A stretch of 51,526 nucleotides of DNA from Polymyxa betae A26-41 (lineage: Eukaryota; Protista; Endomyxa: Phytomyxea). Under the pieces are notes generated by a model, which worked only from the letters and a program-made list of their open reading frames with translations, was not told where the DNA came from and searched no databases. The stretch spans positions 1 to 51,526 of the forward strand of contig RBZT01000316.1 in assembly GCA_003693705.1 (NCBI GenBank), given 5' to 3'. Position 1 is the stretch's first letter, and the number at the start of each line of letters is the position of its first letter. Positions 50,724 through 51,526 of this stretch are shown piece after piece. A program made the position numbers and the translations under genes.

Positions 50724-51526
50724 GGGGGTATCAAAATTAAGCGGAGAATCGATTCTCCGGGGGTCCAGAAAGGTGCGGGAGAATCGTTTCTCTTGGCGGG
50801 GTTATCAAAATTAAAATGGTTCGTTACTCGGCAAGAGCTCATTTACTACGAGATATTGACCAAATCATTCGCCTCCTTGCTATCGAGCACTCCAGTCTTC
50901 GTTTTAGCTGCCGTGCCAGGGCCGATAAGGTCCAGAGTTCAATTAACCAGCTCGTCGAGTTAAAAATCATCCTCAATCAACATCGGAACATCAATCATCG
51001 GCGATTATTAGCCAAGAATCTTGGCGCGTTGCAACTGTTGCCAAACTTAGTAGTAGAAGAATTTAAACAAGAAGTTAGGGTCAGCCAGGAAACGTTCTGT
51101 TACATATTGAAGCAAATTGAAAGTAAATTCCGCAAGAAAGCGACTACGTTAGTTAGATAGATGATTTAACGTGCAAATTCAAAGGACATCCTGTATTCCA
51201 AAATGAATCTGCCCATCCCCAGCGAGCGGTTTGGATTCAGTTGGCGTGTGCGCTTCATCGCTTGGGACATTACGGAAGCGGCTCCGCAATTGGAATGGTG
51301 GCTCGTTCCAAAGGAGTTGGATACGGCAGTGTTGTCAAGTATACAGACCGCATTCTGGCTGCCTTGCTCTCTCTCCAGCATTCCTACATTTCATGGCCAG
51401 ATGATTTGGAACGTAAATCTCTAAGCTCTTACAATCACCGCCATTACGGGTTCGAAGGGTGCATTCTATCGACTGATGGGACACATGTGGTTCTCTGTCA
51501 TGCCCCATGGGCATGACAGTACTCGC
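50724..51526 (+). mobile_element. 5' end of a PIF/Harbinger DNA transposon
   Basis: TTA then GGGGGTATCAAAATT at 50724, followed by a transposase gene. Confidence 0.85.
50816..51526 (+). CDS. Harbinger (HARBI1-like) DDE transposase, partial or possibly disrupted
   Basis: FKQEVRVSQETF..IL..I (intron 51123-51184) HPVFQN.S..PQ..V..QL..AL.RLG..G, I.WP...ER, GF.GCI.STDGTH (first catalytic Asp). In-frame TGA at 51514. Confidence 0.85.

Noticed and set aside
50262-50815. Repeated GGGGGTATCAAA with 75-80 bp spacing resembling a CRISPR-like array
   Set aside because: Mixed orientation, irregular spacing and an adjacent DDE transposase identify them as TIRs; no cas genes.

Overview
Gene-dense eukaryotic nuclear DNA with many short (about 35-65 nt) spliceosomal introns and intergenic gaps often under 150 bp. 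The style suggests a compact SAR protist such as a plasmodiophorid, but that is inference only. By manual splicing I support about 24 protein genes. They include Tudor-SN, FZR1/Cdh1, two glycosyltransferase-like genes, a 9-finger C2H2 protein, a TPR protein, Mpv17/PMP22, mitoribosomal mL59 and uS2, CstF-64, MDH, a KNL2/M18BP1-like gene (SANTA plus CENPC-k), RBBP6/Mpe1, a RING-H2 ligase, choline kinase, a SAM-fused cyclic-nucleotide-binding channel, an inositol 5-phosphatase, an ankyrin/EF-hand protein and a BTB protein. Non-genic features are a deleted tandem MDH pseudogene, a decayed AT-hook/Myb-like remnant, a MITE, and the 5' end of a PIF/Harbinger transposon sharing the MITE's TIR. The best novelty candidate is a cytidine-deaminase-fold gene (39289-41551) whose N-terminal half has a pattern resembling CARF/ring-nuclease Rossmann domains, i.e. 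a possible ligand-regulated deaminase in a eukaryote. Exon boundaries were read by eye and are approximate.
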